A DNA stretch of 63,994 nt, filler included, from Asterionella formosa (taxonomy: Eukaryota), in NCBI GenBank assembly GCA_002256025.1. It is 4 parts of 4 records of this genome, joined end to end, with 100 filler letters (N's around TTAATTAATTAA, not from the genome) between each part and the next. Parts side by side here need not be neighbours in the genome. Positions count along the whole stretch, not along the records: positions 32,175 to 48,144 come from NKIB01005172.1; positions 48,245 to 63,994 come from NKIB01005277.1; 2 more parts are not named here. One strand, 5' to 3'. This document shows, piece by piece, positions 36,673 through 49,539 of the stretch. The notes under the pieces were generated by a model. That model saw only the letters and a list, made by a program, of their open reading frames with translations. It was not told the origin of the DNA and ran no database searches. The position numbers and the translations under genes are program-made. How positions within the stretch are numbered: position 1 is the first letter of the stretch; each line of letters opens with the position of its first letter.

Positions 36673-39057
36673 CTACACTGATGCTCTGAAGCGCCAGTTG
36701 GTTTCATACAAACGTCCAAGGACTGGTGTGAATATCATTGTATACTTGCCATGAACAGTGTCAAAATCAGTTTGCCAAAAGTCATTCTTTTCAGTCTGTT
36801 CCAGAGGTGTTTCTGCCTCGTTGACTATCTGGAACAGAGCATAGTTAATGTGGGTCAAACCATAGAACTCCATAGGATACCCCCCGAGTCCACCCTTAAT
36901 AGCAATGTTGACCGCATCTGAAGTGACAAGGACCTTCAACGGATACTTAGATTCCATCTCGCCGCCTTCGACAATGACTCCGTTGTTGTAATTGTAGTTC
37001 ACCTCACGAAATACTATCTCCCAGGACTTTGGCTTGATATTTAAAAAAGAACGGAGCTGCTGATTTGGCCCATAATAATTTTCGGCGACAGTTGCTGTCG
37101 TCATCCACATAACCTCTAAGCTTACGCTGTCACCCCTGTTTAATTTAGTTACGCCTTCTGGAGGCCGAATAAGACAGTCGAGACATGATTTTCTCTTAAT
37201 AGGGGCCTTTTGCTTGGTGACCTCTTGGTAGTTATGAAACGAGAGCGTTGGCTTGTTGTAACATCTTGTATCAATTTTCGCTTCGAAAGATCGAATGACG
37301 AAATGCTTGGTTCCCACGCCCATCGTGGTCGGATACCATATCTCATTCTGGGGGTATGACACCCACCACGGACCACTTCCTTCCAGCATTGTGTCTGGGA
37401 TAAAGATTTCCCCCTGTTCAAGATTTTCGGGTACATCCTTCTTTTCGAAAAGCATTCCCCTCCCATGACCAACAGCAATGTCACGAGTATAAAAGCCATG
37501 GCATCGAACCATGTGAAAATAACCGTTTTTCCCGAACGAAACAGTGTCGTTGACCGCATAGGTCATGGAAAGAAAAGTCCGGGAGTAATCATCGGTTCTG
37601 ACTGTCCTGACACGAACAGTGAATTCAATTTGCCGAGCATCTCCGTACGATCCCTGGTATCTAACGTCTGTCAGACAAGGACCGTGAGACATGTACGCAG
37701 TTTTCAAGCTGTTGATCCAAAATTGACGACCGCTTCCGATGTGGAATGCCATTAACCAATCACCACCGTTTCCACACGTCGTCCAACCCCATTTACGTGC
37801 TTCCGAGCCATTGCGAAGCATGAGCCCTCGAACATCAGTAATAGTGGCGACAGCAATGGATGTCTCTGGATCAATGCAAAACGTTTCTCCAAAGCAGCCT
37901 ACAGCGAGTTGTTCCCACCGGCCAGTGTAGATGGAGTAACCAATCAAACTAAGCTGCGCATGGCTTGCGGAAGGGATATCGCCGTAGAAGCCATATGCAA
38001 CCCGAATAATGTATTCAACGTTGGATTCTGCTTGTACTGGAAGAAGGGTGAAAAAATAGGCGTAATCGCGAAGTGCAGGATAATGCCAATTCTTGCTTAT
38101 CTGGATTGGAATTCCGGTTGGTACTCCGTCAGTTGAGCACACTATGGGAGCCATTCCAGTCACATTCGCAGGTACTGAGATAAACTGAATGAACGGAGCA
38201 TAAACAGTTTCACTGGAGGAATTGGTGACCTTAACCAAGAAATCATCGTAGTCTCTGATATCAGTATAGCCGGTTGCGAATTTGCGATTAGTGGGAGGCA
38301 GCGAGGCAAAATAACAATTGAACTTGTCACTGTAATTGACTTGTACAGGATTTTCTTCCAGCGAGACGATGATGGAAATTTCTTCTCGAATGCTGCCGCG
38401 ATGGTCAATGTTCATGTTGCAAGTAAGCGAGATCGACTTCGACTGGTCTGACCAATCTCCACCGATATCTTTCATAACGCTCCAATCCTTGAGTTGCATA
38501 CTTATCGATGTTGATGACCAGGCTTCGCCTTGAGGCGGTGCAAGGTTTAAAGTGAAGACTATTGAATCAGGCCAGACAACAACTTCAAGGGAAAAGGTGC
38601 CATTGAGCACAGTCTGTGTATCATCTTCGAGTCGAAGCCCCATAAATTCGAAGCGCTGAACTATCTTTCCGGCTTCCCAAAGTCTCACAGCACTATTGAA
38701 TGGCGTCTCCTCGCCCCTTGCGGCCCTTGCCGCAGCGTCACACGAGATGACCCTGTAAGCCTTCGAGTCAACGATGACATTGATGATCAATGCCTCCTGC
38801 ACTAAAGCCTGCATTCTGCCTCTATTCGCAAGATCAAGGCAATCAACGTAGCTGAGTTCATTTGATTCGAAACGTCCAAACTTAACGTGTGTCAAGTCTG
38901 CTACATCGATGACGAGGCCACACTGTCCATTCTCAAATGCCACGAGGTCGGGTAAAGTATTCTCCTGACGATCAGCCAAGGGACGCCTGAATCCATTAGG
39001 AAAGAACGAGTGGGAGTAATTCGAAAGCAACCCAGGAGGAAGGGACTTTCCCGTCAT
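36673..39057 (-). CDS. Intronless 794 aa hypothetical protein
   Basis: Long uninterrupted ORF with globular, beta-rich-looking composition; no recognisable eukaryotic domain. Confidence 0.85.
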   Translation of the reverse strand: MTGKSLPPGLLSNYSHSFFPNGFRRPLADRQENTLPDLVAFENGQCGLVIDVADLTHVKFGRFESNELSYVDCLDLANRGRMQALVQEALIINVIVDSKAYRVISCDAAARAARGEETPFNSAVRLWEAGKIVQRFEFMGLRLEDDTQTVLNGTFSLEVVVWPDSIVFTLNLAPPQGEAWSSTSISMQLKDWSVMKDIGGDWSDQSKSISLTCNMNIDHRGSIREEISIIVSLEENPVQVNYSDKFNCYFASLPPTNRKFATGYTDIRDYDDFLVKVTNSSSETVYAPFIQFISVPANVTGMAPIVCSTDGVPTGIPIQISKNWHYPALRDYAYFFTLLPVQAESNVEYIIRVAYGFYGDIPSASHAQLSLIGYSIYTGRWEQLAVGCFGETFCIDPETSIAVATITDVRGLMLRNGSEARKWGWTTCGNGGDWLMAFHIGSGRQFWINSLKTAYMSHGPCLTDVRYQGSYGDARQIEFTVRVRTVRTDDYSRTFLSMTYAVNDTVSFGKNGYFHMVRCHGFYTRDIAVGHGRGMLFEKKDVPENLEQGEIFIPDTMLEGSGPWWVSYPQNEIWYPTTMGVGTKHFVIRSFEAKIDTRCYNKPTLSFHNYQEVTKQKAPIKRKSCLDCLIRPPEGVTKLNRGDSVSLEVMWMTTATVAENYYGPNQQLRSFLNIKPKSWEIVFREVNYNYNNGVIVEGGEMESKYPLKVLVTSDAVNIAIKGGLGGYPMEFYGLTHINYALFQIVNEAETPLEQTEKNDFWQTDFDTVHGKYTMIFTPVLGRLYETNWRFRASV

Positions 39058-39631
39058 TTTATGGGTCTTCGGATATTATATCAAGTATCGAAACTCAAGG
39101 GAAACTTGACATGTGCCATATGTACTGTTATAAGCGTATATATGTCAATCACTTCGCTCTTCTGAGGCAGGGCGGCGTGCGTTCGCATTTATACGTTCTC
39201 GAACCCCGGTACCAGGTACCAGTACTAAGGTACCTGGTATCCTGGTGGTAGATTAGATAATAATGATCTTGAACCTCCTTGAAGATCATTCATGACAAAC
39301 AACGATTTCAAAAAATTACGATACCCCTAATGGTAATGTTCCTCTTAATAATACTCTGGTATTGGCCACTTATAGTTTCCTCCCAAAAAGGGATTTGATC
39401 ATGCCTTTTATTCCAACCAACCCCCAAAAGGACTTGCTGAATGATAGTCATTTTTGCTTTTACTCCCTCTGTTCTGGAATAGTTGCAAGATGCTCAGCAA
39501 CTAGCCCAGCTCAATCCATGTCCTTCAAAGAAACCCTCTGTAGAAGCAACATTCATTTTCTACGCAAGACGATGCAGGCTACAGGTACTAGTATGTCAGT
39601 CAGATTGGTATATTAAGGCAAGTATAACAAT

Positions 39632-40018
39632 CGTCTGTAAATTAAAAAACCGTTAGGCCTTACAGTTTTGCTGTAAGACCCACTGCCCCAAAAATTCTCA
39701 GTATGACGTACCAATTTTTGATAGATCATAAAAAAAAACTGATTGATCATACAAAAATGCTGATTGATCATACATAAAAACTGATTGATTGATTAATATT
39801 GTTGCATTGATCTTACGTATGCTTAGCATAGATCACATGCATATTATGTAATATCTAATCGATTGCATTTGAAACATAAATAACAAATCACATTTAGTAT
39901 ACACTCATCATATATATATGTATCGATGAGTTTCAAATCAATAGATCATATAATATGCTTATGATCAATACAGCACGCTCACTCTTATTATCAACTAACG
40001 TTTTGGTGTTTGATCTAA
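39632..40018 (+). repeat. Dispersed repeat, copy 2 of 8370-8712
   Basis: Direct sequence match with extra TGATTGATCATACA units. Confidence 0.8.
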
Positions 40019-41696
40019 AGATAGTAATCGTGAGATCAAATCAGTTATTCATTCGGTCTAACCTTTGGAATGCTATTATCAAAAAGAATTTTTAGTTTTC
40101 GATCTAACGTTCATTACTACTGATCTAACTTATTTCTCTCATTGCTTGATCTAACCTATTATCATGTTTGATCAATGATGAACACAAATCGAATTAAATG
40201 GATTGCTATTTAATACTCAAATATTCTACTTCTGGTCACCCATACTTTCCACTGTGCAACCTCTATCAGAATGAGCACACAGTGGTCTTCAATAATAACT
40301 TAATTTTCACTTCCGGTAGCTATGTTTAGATCATTGCCTTTTCAAAATGAAATGAGAGAGTAAACGAAATTGATGATGTTTTATTCGAACCTCTACCATT
40401 GCAAATGGCAGCAAGTCACATTCTCCAATGTTCTTATACGACTTTCCTGTAAGAGATAATAACAACAATGTTAGCAAAACTCTTGCATCAAGTAAGCAAG
40501 GCAGCCTTCTAAACGAAGATATGTGCAAAGAAACGATCACATGAACAATCCATCACTCCAATTTCTGTATGAGCAGGCAAGACAATGTGCATATTACTTA
40601 CCTGTGCTCTCATGGTTGATTGTTGCTTCCATTAAGAATGGTAGCAAGCCACATTCTCCAAGGTTCCTGTATGATTTTGAGGAGATAATATTAATGTTAG
40701 CAAAAGTGTTGCAACGATTAAAGCATCTCCAGCCACACATGTGCCACGAACTGATGACATAAACAATCTATATAGTAACTTCACGTAGTTCCAATCGACA
40801 TAACGAGCATCAAATGAGAGTATAGTAACTTACCTATGCTCTCGCTGTTGATTGATGGGTGACAGGGTAGCGTTGTTAACCCTCACATCTGCATATATGG
40901 AAGGGAAAGATGTTATTAATGTCAAAATCCTAATTAATGGACACAGACACTACAAAGCCTCTGCAGCATTGTGCACAAACATATCAAGTGCGGTTTCTTA
41001 CATCATAATTAGGTTGATTTTTATCGTTTGTCCTGAGGAAGTATAGAAACTTTGATTGGCAGCAGCGAACACAAACAGCGATATCATTTTATAGTTTGCT
41101 TCCGGTCTCACATGGTACCGATCATAAGCCCCTTTGTAGCCACAGTTGAGAAGCAAAACAATCATATAACTTACCTCTTCCCACCGGTTGGTTTGATACC
41201 GGTAGAAGGCTCTCAATCACCATGCCCTCATCAGTTTGTTATGTGGAATAGAACGCATTACCGGTATGAATTTTTTAACAATATCTCAACATTTCCTCTT
41301 CTTCAAAAAGTGTGTATAACATACAGCAGTATGTATGATTAGATAAAATATACAAGACTTAACAGGAATTCGAATACAGTACCCGATATACTTCCAGTTG
41401 TCATATCCTATATAGTGGACAGTGGACACCATGTATCATACGTACATATACATATCGTCAAATTTTACTGGTACTTCCATGATGGAGGAAAACTGGAACT
41501 TACATGATTCTCAGTAGAGTACAGTAACAGGACCTTGTACGTCACCGTTATCCAAGCGGGAACTACCCCGGTACCAGGGGGTACCATACATTTTGTCTAT
41601 GTTCCTGTCGGTACTGTTCTAACGTTCAAGTTTGGCTATGGTATTGATCAATACTACCGGTAGGTATTTGAACATAATTGAAAACACTTGAAGTGC

Positions 41697-41842
41697 ATTA
41701 TTATGATATAATGCCGAAGTACTCAGATTATAACATAGGTAGTGAATGATAAATTAACATTTCTGTATGATTATTATGATATAATGCCGAAGTACTCAGG
41801 TTATAACATAGGTAGTGAATGATAAATTAACATTTCTGTATG
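41697..41842 (+). repeat. 73 bp tandem duplication
   Basis: ATTATTATGATATAATGCCGAAG...TTTCTGTATG twice, one mismatch. Confidence 0.9.
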
Positions 41843-42018
41843 ATCTAAGAGACCAACTCGTCCCTTTTTGATCTTGGCGCGCCAAAAATAACATCAGAAT
41901 TTTCTCTTATAGTAATATTGTTTCATTCTTTGATTTTAAAGCATCAGCGGCCCATTTCCCTTGACTCCTATACATTGTTATCGTCATGTCTGGTAGAGGA
42001 ATAAAAAAGAAGCGATAA

Positions 42019-45000
42019 TCACACTTCGAGAACTTGTTCTTCGTGTTCCCTTTTCGTTGATGTAAACCTTCTTCTGATTGATCTAAGACATCAATCTTGT
42101 TAGCAAGCTTCTTGACATGGGAACGCACCATTTGACTTATTGGACTATAGTTGAGTCCACAGTCCTTGTGACTCATTATACCCATTGATGCTTTATTCTT
42201 GACATCCTCCTTGTTACCATGTTCAAGAAGTTCTAAAATTGTACCGCTCAGTACAGGAGGTCCAGATAACCTTGTAAAAATCTGCTCTTGACATCTGCTG
42301 GATTGTTTTCTGATCTTAGAAAAACAATATGCAACTCACCCTCACCATCTATCATGTTTTTGACATGATGAAAATTAATATCAACATGTTTGTTCTTTTT
42401 CCGAGCTGTTGATTCTTCGCTGTGAATATTGCACCTGTATTATCCTCATGTAGAATGCTTGGTAGCATGTTTTTGCCACCTGTCACTTCGTTCAGTAACA
42501 TTGCAATAAATTTGATCTCTTGAGCACATTAAAACATCGCAACATATTCTGCTTCTGTGCTTGACAGCGTAACGGATGGCTGGCCCTTTGATTGCCAACA
42601 ACTGATCAACGCACCACCAATGGTGGCCAGGAAACCCATAATACTTTTCCGGCTTACCTTATCAGCGGTCCAGTCACTATCCACATAAGCAATAACCCGT
42701 AACTCCTTAGGTTCTCGAATCTTGAGAACTCTGTCCAATTTGCTCGATAAGAATCCAATAACTCATGAAACTACATCCCAGTGCTCTTCGTCTGGACAGC
42801 TTAAATACGAAGACAATTCACGTACTGCATTGGCACAGTCCAGAGAATCTTTTTTTAGTAGACCATAATAATTTTCCAACAATCTTGCGATATTCCGCCT
42901 CCATAATATTTTCTCCGTTATTTGTTCCTAATGTTTTTCCTGGTGCTCCTGGCTGGGGTCACGTAAGACTTTATCTTCTTACCAGTAAGCATCTCACATT
43001 CCAGTAGCATCATCTCAGTACGAAATTTCTTCAGCTGTACCTAACAGTATTCTCCAAATTTGTCGTGCTTGTACATGTATTCCACACCTAAGTGTTTTCG
43101 TAGGGGACCTTGTTCTGTGATATTAAAATCCTCCTTGATCATATTTTTCATGTAGTCGACTGCATTCCTGGTACTACTACATATAATTCCATCATCCACG
43201 TAGTTTGCCAATAGCCCTTCAAATTTTTCATCGTTGTTATGATAGAGAAACAACATAGGATCTATTTAGCTTTTCGTTATGTCTGTCTTGTTGGAGATGC
43301 ATTTCGCAAATGTCTTGGACCAGCATCGTGGGGCTTGCACAATTCGATACATAGCCTTAATTAGTTTGCAGATGTGTGTATTCTGATCAATCCCTGTCAA
43401 TCCTTGCTTCTGGGGGCTCAATATAAATGTCTTTGTCGACGTCAGCATTTAAAAACGCTGCTTCAATGTCGATTGCTTCTGCTATCCAACCCTAATACAT
43501 AGTAACAGCCAGTACGGTCTTAATTGTAGCCGCATCACTTGCAACAGGAGCAAATGTCTCAGTAAAATCAACTCCCAGGATCTGTTCATACCCCTTCCTC
43601 ACGACCAACCGTGCCTTATATACTGTCTTGCCAGTTAGCACGTCCTCCTTAATATGGAAGAACCACCTTGTCTTGAGAGCTCGCTTGTTCACGTCATTTC
43701 TCTTAACAATTTTCCACGCTCCTCTTGCTTGGAAGTTTTCGAATTCTTTCTTTATAGCTTTCATCCACTCTTTACGATCAGGTCTTGCCATCGCCTTATC
43801 ATAACTATTTGGTAAACCTGGGTCTGATGCAAGACTTGCATTGAATCCGAAATTTACTTCAGTTTCCTTATTCGAAGAAGCATCCTCAATCATGATGTTT
43901 ACTTCTTGGTAGTGAGGTGTCTGGAATGAACTTAACACTTTTAGTTGGATTATACGATGATTCCAACTTCTTCATTTCTCGTTCCAACTTGGCCTTTTTA
44001 GATAGGAGTGTAGCTGTGTATTTAGTCTTTGCTTGTTGCTTCATAACCTTTCTTTTTTCTAGCTCAGAAATTTCATCACTCCTTGAGGTAGATTTTGCTG
44101 TTCCAGTGTCTGTAGTTGATTTGTCCTTGTCTTCATCATCTTCCTCATTGTCTGAAACTTCTGGTAGTAAATCTTCATTGTAGAAATCATCATCTGATCC
44201 ATCATTATTGACTTCAGCTTCTGGTTGAACTGCAACTTTCTCTTTGGCATTGTCCTTGTAGATTTTTCCTAGCAGTCCGCCCATAGGTCCATTTGTTCCA
44301 TGACACTCACTCCACTTAACATCATGTGTATGGATTACAGTGCGTGTTAGTCTCATGATTGTACATAAGATACGTATCTTGGGAGTGGTCCTTGAAATAA
44401 CCCGAAAAGACACACTTGAAAGAACGTACATCTAACTTCTTAATACCGTGTCTTGCAGTAACCCAGCCTACATGCCCAAATTGCTTGTTAACTTGTAGGG
44501 CCTTCTTGGATTCATGTCGCCATAGAACATATTGTCGGGAATCCTTTTATTTACTGAGTTAACTGTACTATGTATTTGTCAATCATGTAGCTGTATGTAC
44601 TGCCTCATAATAGCCCTTGGTACTCATCTGTTAGTTTTGCACTTAGCATCATTGCTAGTGCCCTCTGTCACACAATGACAAAACCGCGTTCCATGACACC
44701 ATTTTGTTGTGGAGTGTGCAGCCAGGGCAGTCAGTAAATTCCTTTTTATACCACAATTTTCACATTCTTTTCTCAATTGTTTAGTATTCTCGCCGCCTGC
44801 ATCATCACAACGGACATACTTTGTCTTGTGACTGGCACCGGCCAAACTTGATAGTAAAACTTCAATGACCGTTACGATGTCGTTCCTCTTCTTTTTAATG
44901 AAGTAGCTCCAGCGCTTTCTTGTGTAGTCGTCCACTGCCATGACCCAGCCAGTACTGATTACTTACAGCGGATTTCGCGTAGGGTCCGGTGATGTCCACA

Positions 45001-46282
45001 AACAGTCTCTCTCCAGGTACCGTCGATTTTTCTTGTGTTGTTTTTGGGACGGCTCGTGCTTTAGCTTTTGCTGCTGCACAGCCTGCGCACGCTGTCATGA
45101 TGCCACTCACCAACTTCCATCCAAATAATTTCGCCATATCATGCAAACAGTTCTCGCCCACATGACCAAGTATCGCATGCGCTTCATTAATATCGACAAT
45201 AACATAATTATTTTCAAACTCACCATTTTGACTATTCCATTGTTCGTTTTCTTTGCTTCACCTTTCGTCCAATCGTTTTCATTGTACTAGTCGTCTATCA
45301 ATTGTTGTGCTCCCAAACTCTTGTAGCTTTCCGGTAGGTTGTTGATCATGTGTGCCACATAGGCACCATCCGAAATGGCGGAACTCGTATTGCCCAATCA
45401 TTCCCGGATACTATCCAACTCCACATACTACCAGCTGTTGGGGTTCTCATTTTCCCCTAGAGTGCACTTCGTCCATTGGTGGGACAAGGCAATGGCGTTC
45501 GCCATGTTGCCTGACTCATATGTAGAAATGAGCTTGTCCCATGCTTCTTTAGCATTGCCATTAGGAAACTCGGCACTTCTTGCATTATTTACGTGTCCAA
45601 ATGGCCCACTCTGTCATGCCATTATCAAACTTGCGTAAGCAACTGTGTTGTTCCTTTGGATGTGTTTCTTGTTGGCATCTGACAGCACAATTGTATCGTC
45701 CTTTAGGTCTTTCTCTCCTCTCGATAGTTCGTCACCATTAAGCATACCTTGAAATTTCTTGTAGCACGCGTATGCGAGAAACTTCGCTTTCCACATGTGC
45801 CATTTAGCATCTTGCCCATTGAACATCGGCAACCTCACAGAAGACGTGTCTTCGTCACTTCCCATCGTTCCTGAGTAGCCTGTGGCCTCAAAGCTTCGTT
45901 TTAAAGCTTGATAAAAGGTCTTGTACTCCTTCCCGTCTGACGGGTTTCCTCTTACGTAGGTCTAACCTGTTTTACCACTAGTATTGTTATCTTCTTTCTG
46001 CTGCTAGCCTTCATGCTAGTTTTCACTACTATTGACCTTACTCTGTCAATTCTCACTGTTTCTTAATTATAAACTTAAACTAAAACTAAGTTTCAATCCC
46101 ATTCATCACACTTCGAGAACTTGTTCTTCGTGTTCCCTTTTCGTTGACGTAAACCTTCTTCTGATTGATCTAAGACATCAATCTCATTAGCAAGCTTCTT
46201 GACATGGGAACGCACATTTGACTCATTGGACTATAGTTGAGTCCACAGTCCTTGTGACTCATTATACCCATTGATGCTATAT
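42019..46282 (-). mobile_element. Degenerate Ty1/copia LTR retrotransposon (5' LTR ~46282-45909, partial 3' LTR 42204-42019)
   Basis: gag (LPMFNGQDAKWHMWKAKF), pre-integrase HAILGH, integrase ERLFVDITGP, RT YKARLV/GVDFTETFAPVA/YVDD and RNase H AYVDSDW/SSTEAEYVA occur in copia order. PPT AAGGAGGA precedes TGTCAAG. 42019-42195 repeats at 46107-46282. Many stops and frameshifts. Confidence 0.93.
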
Positions 46283-46512
46283 TTGTCCGGTGGACAGACA
46301 CAGGATCCTGGCGGTACTTTGTCCGGTAAAAGTGAAATGATGATGCATTCTTGATAACAGTTGTTCCAGGAATTATCGTATTTCTTATCACCTTTTTTGC
46401 TGTCGGCGGATCAAGGGTGAAGGTGACACAGTCCACCGATTTGTTCCCAACTGCCTGTCATCGCAACAGTGTAACAAGTCAATTATAACTCTACCTTGCT
46501 GAATCATCCACA

Positions 46513-47223
46513 ATGACAGCCTGTATCGATGCCACGATGGAATTGGAAATGAAACCATTCGAACTGTGCAAACTGATTTGCTCTGAACTGTCTCTCGAAA
46601 ATGATGGGAGACCGAAAGAGCTTGTTGCATTGGCGAATTCGACGTTGGGTTGCAAGCCGCTGGGAAACGATGCTTCTGTGAAAGAAGAAGCACGCGCAGT
46701 GCGCAACGCTATCCGTGATCTCCCGGCATCCTTTTGGGGGAAAGAAACAGTGGGAAAAGGCAACTCGAGCCCTGAGGCTCTGGTAACGAGACTGCTACTC
46801 AAGCCGGCAACAGCTGGCGGATTTTGTAGCGGAGTGGCTTGCAAGCGCCTTCCAAATAAAGCAGTTGACACTAAAACAGTGGTTTGCAAAGGTGCCTTAA
46901 GTATTGACGGATTTTCTGTGTTACCGTTCCCAGGCCAATACTCAAACTTGGATTTTGAAATGGAGAACATTGCTCTACTGTTCGGCACAAAACGAGATGC
47001 TGTGTCACTGGGTCATTGTACTTTTATGGTCCAAAGTAGAGAACAAGTTGCACCAGGTTCATCTGTTATGCTTTGTAAAGCAAACAAGTGCAATGCAAGG
47101 CTGGCTGCTTTGCTCACCCCCAAGTTTTTACTAGTAGGCCTTTATCATTTTGTCGGTCCAGAAGTGGAAGCACAGACTCTCAGACTTTTTGAAGACTTGA
47201 GACTTGAGACTGCAGCCAAGTAA
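46513..47223 (+). CDS. Hypothetical protein (236 aa)
   Basis: Clean ORF with coding-like composition; no recognised family. Confidence 0.65.
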   Translation: MTACIDATMELEMKPFELCKLICSELSLENDGRPKELVALANSTLGCKPLGNDASVKEEARAVRNAIRDLPASFWGKETVGKGNSSPEALVTRLLLKPATAGGFCSGVACKRLPNKAVDTKTVVCKGALSIDGFSVLPFPGQYSNLDFEMENIALLFGTKRDAVSLGHCTFMVQSREQVAPGSSVMLCKANKCNARLAALLTPKFLLVGLYHFVGPEVEAQTLRLFEDLRLETAAK

Positions 47224-48144
47224 AACAGTTCGAGTACTTATTCAGAGATACAGTTGTCTCCTCAATTTCGTTTACACAGCTGTTCATTCAGCCATGTCCT
47301 TGCTGTGTCAATCACCACCTCTATTGATAAGAAAGAAAATGGTGGATAATTCAATATTCAACAAAGTATTTATAGTATTGTCAACAATATCAGCACCATG
47401 AGATTCTGGAATCATTGTCATTGTCATCTGATGATGATGCAAGCGATGGCCAACACCTTCATAAATTCAAACATTTTCCAAAGCTCCTCAAATTAGCCAG
47501 TACATGGCGGGGGGGGGGGGGGGTTTAAAATATTTAAAAAAAAAAGCTTTGTTTCTGTCCCACAATTGTAAAACGTTGGTCTTACTCCTAGTTCGCAGCA
47601 TGTACATAGTCAAATCCTATAAGACCACCAAAACTTTGCAGCTCTTTCTGAAATGAGTCTCTTGCTTCATCAACAGGGTGGATAGACATGGTGTAGTAAA
47701 ATAGATGAAATGCTAACAAAGGTATGACCATGATGCTACAAACAAAAATGTAATTCTATGCAAATATTTGATGCAAATTTCTGGCTATGGTATTACACAT
47801 TCTGGTGGTACTTACAAAGCCTGGTACATGGATAAAATCAACCCTATTAATTTCATTTTGGCACAATATCTCCCTAATAGCAAAATGTAAATAACCATGC
47901 TGGCACTCATTGAATTATACTTTTATTTTTTGCTTTGGAACAAATCTTAGGTAGCGGTACATAGGAATGTGGCTGCTGCATATTACTACGACTACAGGGC
48001 CTTACCGGCAGTTTTGACAACATCATACACCAGAGCAAATGCTTCACATTTGCCGGCTTCTACATGGACTATTTACAAAGCAATTGTCCATTCGCAATCA
48101 ATCATTTCTCAGTAGATAATAGCCTTATTTACATCTTTTTTGCT

Positions 48145-48244
48145 NNNNNNNNNNNNNNNNNNNNNNNNNNNNNNNNNNNNNNNNNNNNTTAATTAATTAA
48201 NNNNNNNNNNNNNNNNNNNNNNNNNNNNNNNNNNNNNNNNNNNN
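48145..48244. other. Artificial contig linker
   Basis: N44-TTAATTAATTAA-N44. Confidence 0.97.
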
Positions 48245-49377
48245 TGTGGGAGCGTGACTCCTCCATCGTCTTTTGCAAGTTGTGCTTGCAAGACTCCACT
48301 CAGAAAGAGCCCAAAAATCAAACCAAATCCTTTTCTCACTGACCCAGCATGTTTGGTGACCAATCCAACAACGATTCCACCGCTTGCTTGTGTCACGACA
48401 GGTATCCACGTTTCCCATGTCCAGCCATTCCAAAAGCCATCTACTCGAATACGCTTAGAATCAGGTGTATTACCTAGCGTTAACGAAACCAACAAGACTA
48501 TCATGCTGGCAGCACTGAGCTCCATACTGAAAAGGTAGGAGTTGCGGCTGTACATTTGGAGTGACCTTTGGCAAAACGCACCGGCTAGGCCTGAAATGAA
48601 GGATGCAAGCAGAAGGGGCAGTACACCCATGGTGATCCGGTGCTTCGATTGAGCTGCCGTTTCTGTAATTTCCTTCTTCAGTATATTCTTGTTCTTGTTT
48701 CCGAAGGACAAAGGAAGTATGCCCTCCAGAACCAAGGCGGCTAGACCCAAAATGAACAGGCTGACAATTTGTAGTTTGGATTGAACAGCACCGAGTAATA
48801 AATAGCAGCACAAGGCTGCTGATAGTGTCTTAGTTTGGTTCAATACATTGAAAGTGACAGCCGGTAGGTTCTGGTAGGCCATGAGGGCACAGTAGTTTTG
48901 AACGACATAAAGCGAAGCAGGAATGCCGGCAACAGTGGCCCATTCTCCAACAGACCACGAAACAGGTGTACTATTAGTGAGCATCATGAGAATACACGAT
49001 AAGAATACTTTGACAACATCTTGCATCAAAATAACTGTACTTCTGGTAATTGATTTGGGAGTGAATTTTCTAGTCAAGATTGGCTGGGAACCAAACTGAA
49101 CAGACAGTAAGAGCATGTACCAAAGTGCCATGGGCGAGAGGGAAGTTGCAGTACCGAGAGGTATTGGAGCTGACTGAAGTTTAATCGATCTACAGGATCG
49201 ACGGATCGGCGACAGTGAAGAGAAAAGTCGAAGCTCATTTACAGGTGCCAACAACGAATATGGTGCCATCATGCGTTGATGACCAGAGGCAATGTAAAAT
49301 GCGTTAACATTTGTTGAGTAGTAAAGAAAGGCGAAAACAAGTGCTACTGAGATTCTGGCAGGGTAGAACTTGGTCAT
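48245..49377 (-). CDS. Nucleotide-sugar transporter (SLC35A, UDP-Gal/CMP-Sia type), 3' end cut by the contig end
   Basis: IPASLYVVQN, TFNVLNQTKTLSAA, SFISGLAGA and GGIVVGLVTKHAGSVRKGF motifs. Likely start MTKFYPARISVALVFAFLYYSTNVNA-FYI at 49377. Confidence 0.9.
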
Positions 49378-49539
49378 TTTGATGGGATGGAGAAGGGGAA
49401 GACACACTGTCAGTCTGATCATAAATGAGACAAATTGCTTTGGTTGACACTCCTTCCACTGCCTTTTGCCATCAGCCATCAATCTGACATCTACCGGACA
49501 CCGCTTACGCTAATTTCCTTCAAATGTTCGGACAGTAGG

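Noticed and set aside
40400..40860. Degenerate ~230-250 bp internal repeats
   Set aside because: Old duplication within TE-like DNA; no structure or ORF to support more.
41697..41842. Tandem repeats as a possible CRISPR array (also 63023-63178)
   Set aside because: Two adjacent units without spacers, in eukaryotic DNA.
47000..47223. Profilin-like look of the C-terminus of ORF 46513
   Set aside because: Only a short resemblance (TPKFLLVGLY); cannot be supported without a profile search.
47507..47546. Poly-G followed by A/T runs
   Set aside because: Likely low-quality sequence or a simple homopolymer.
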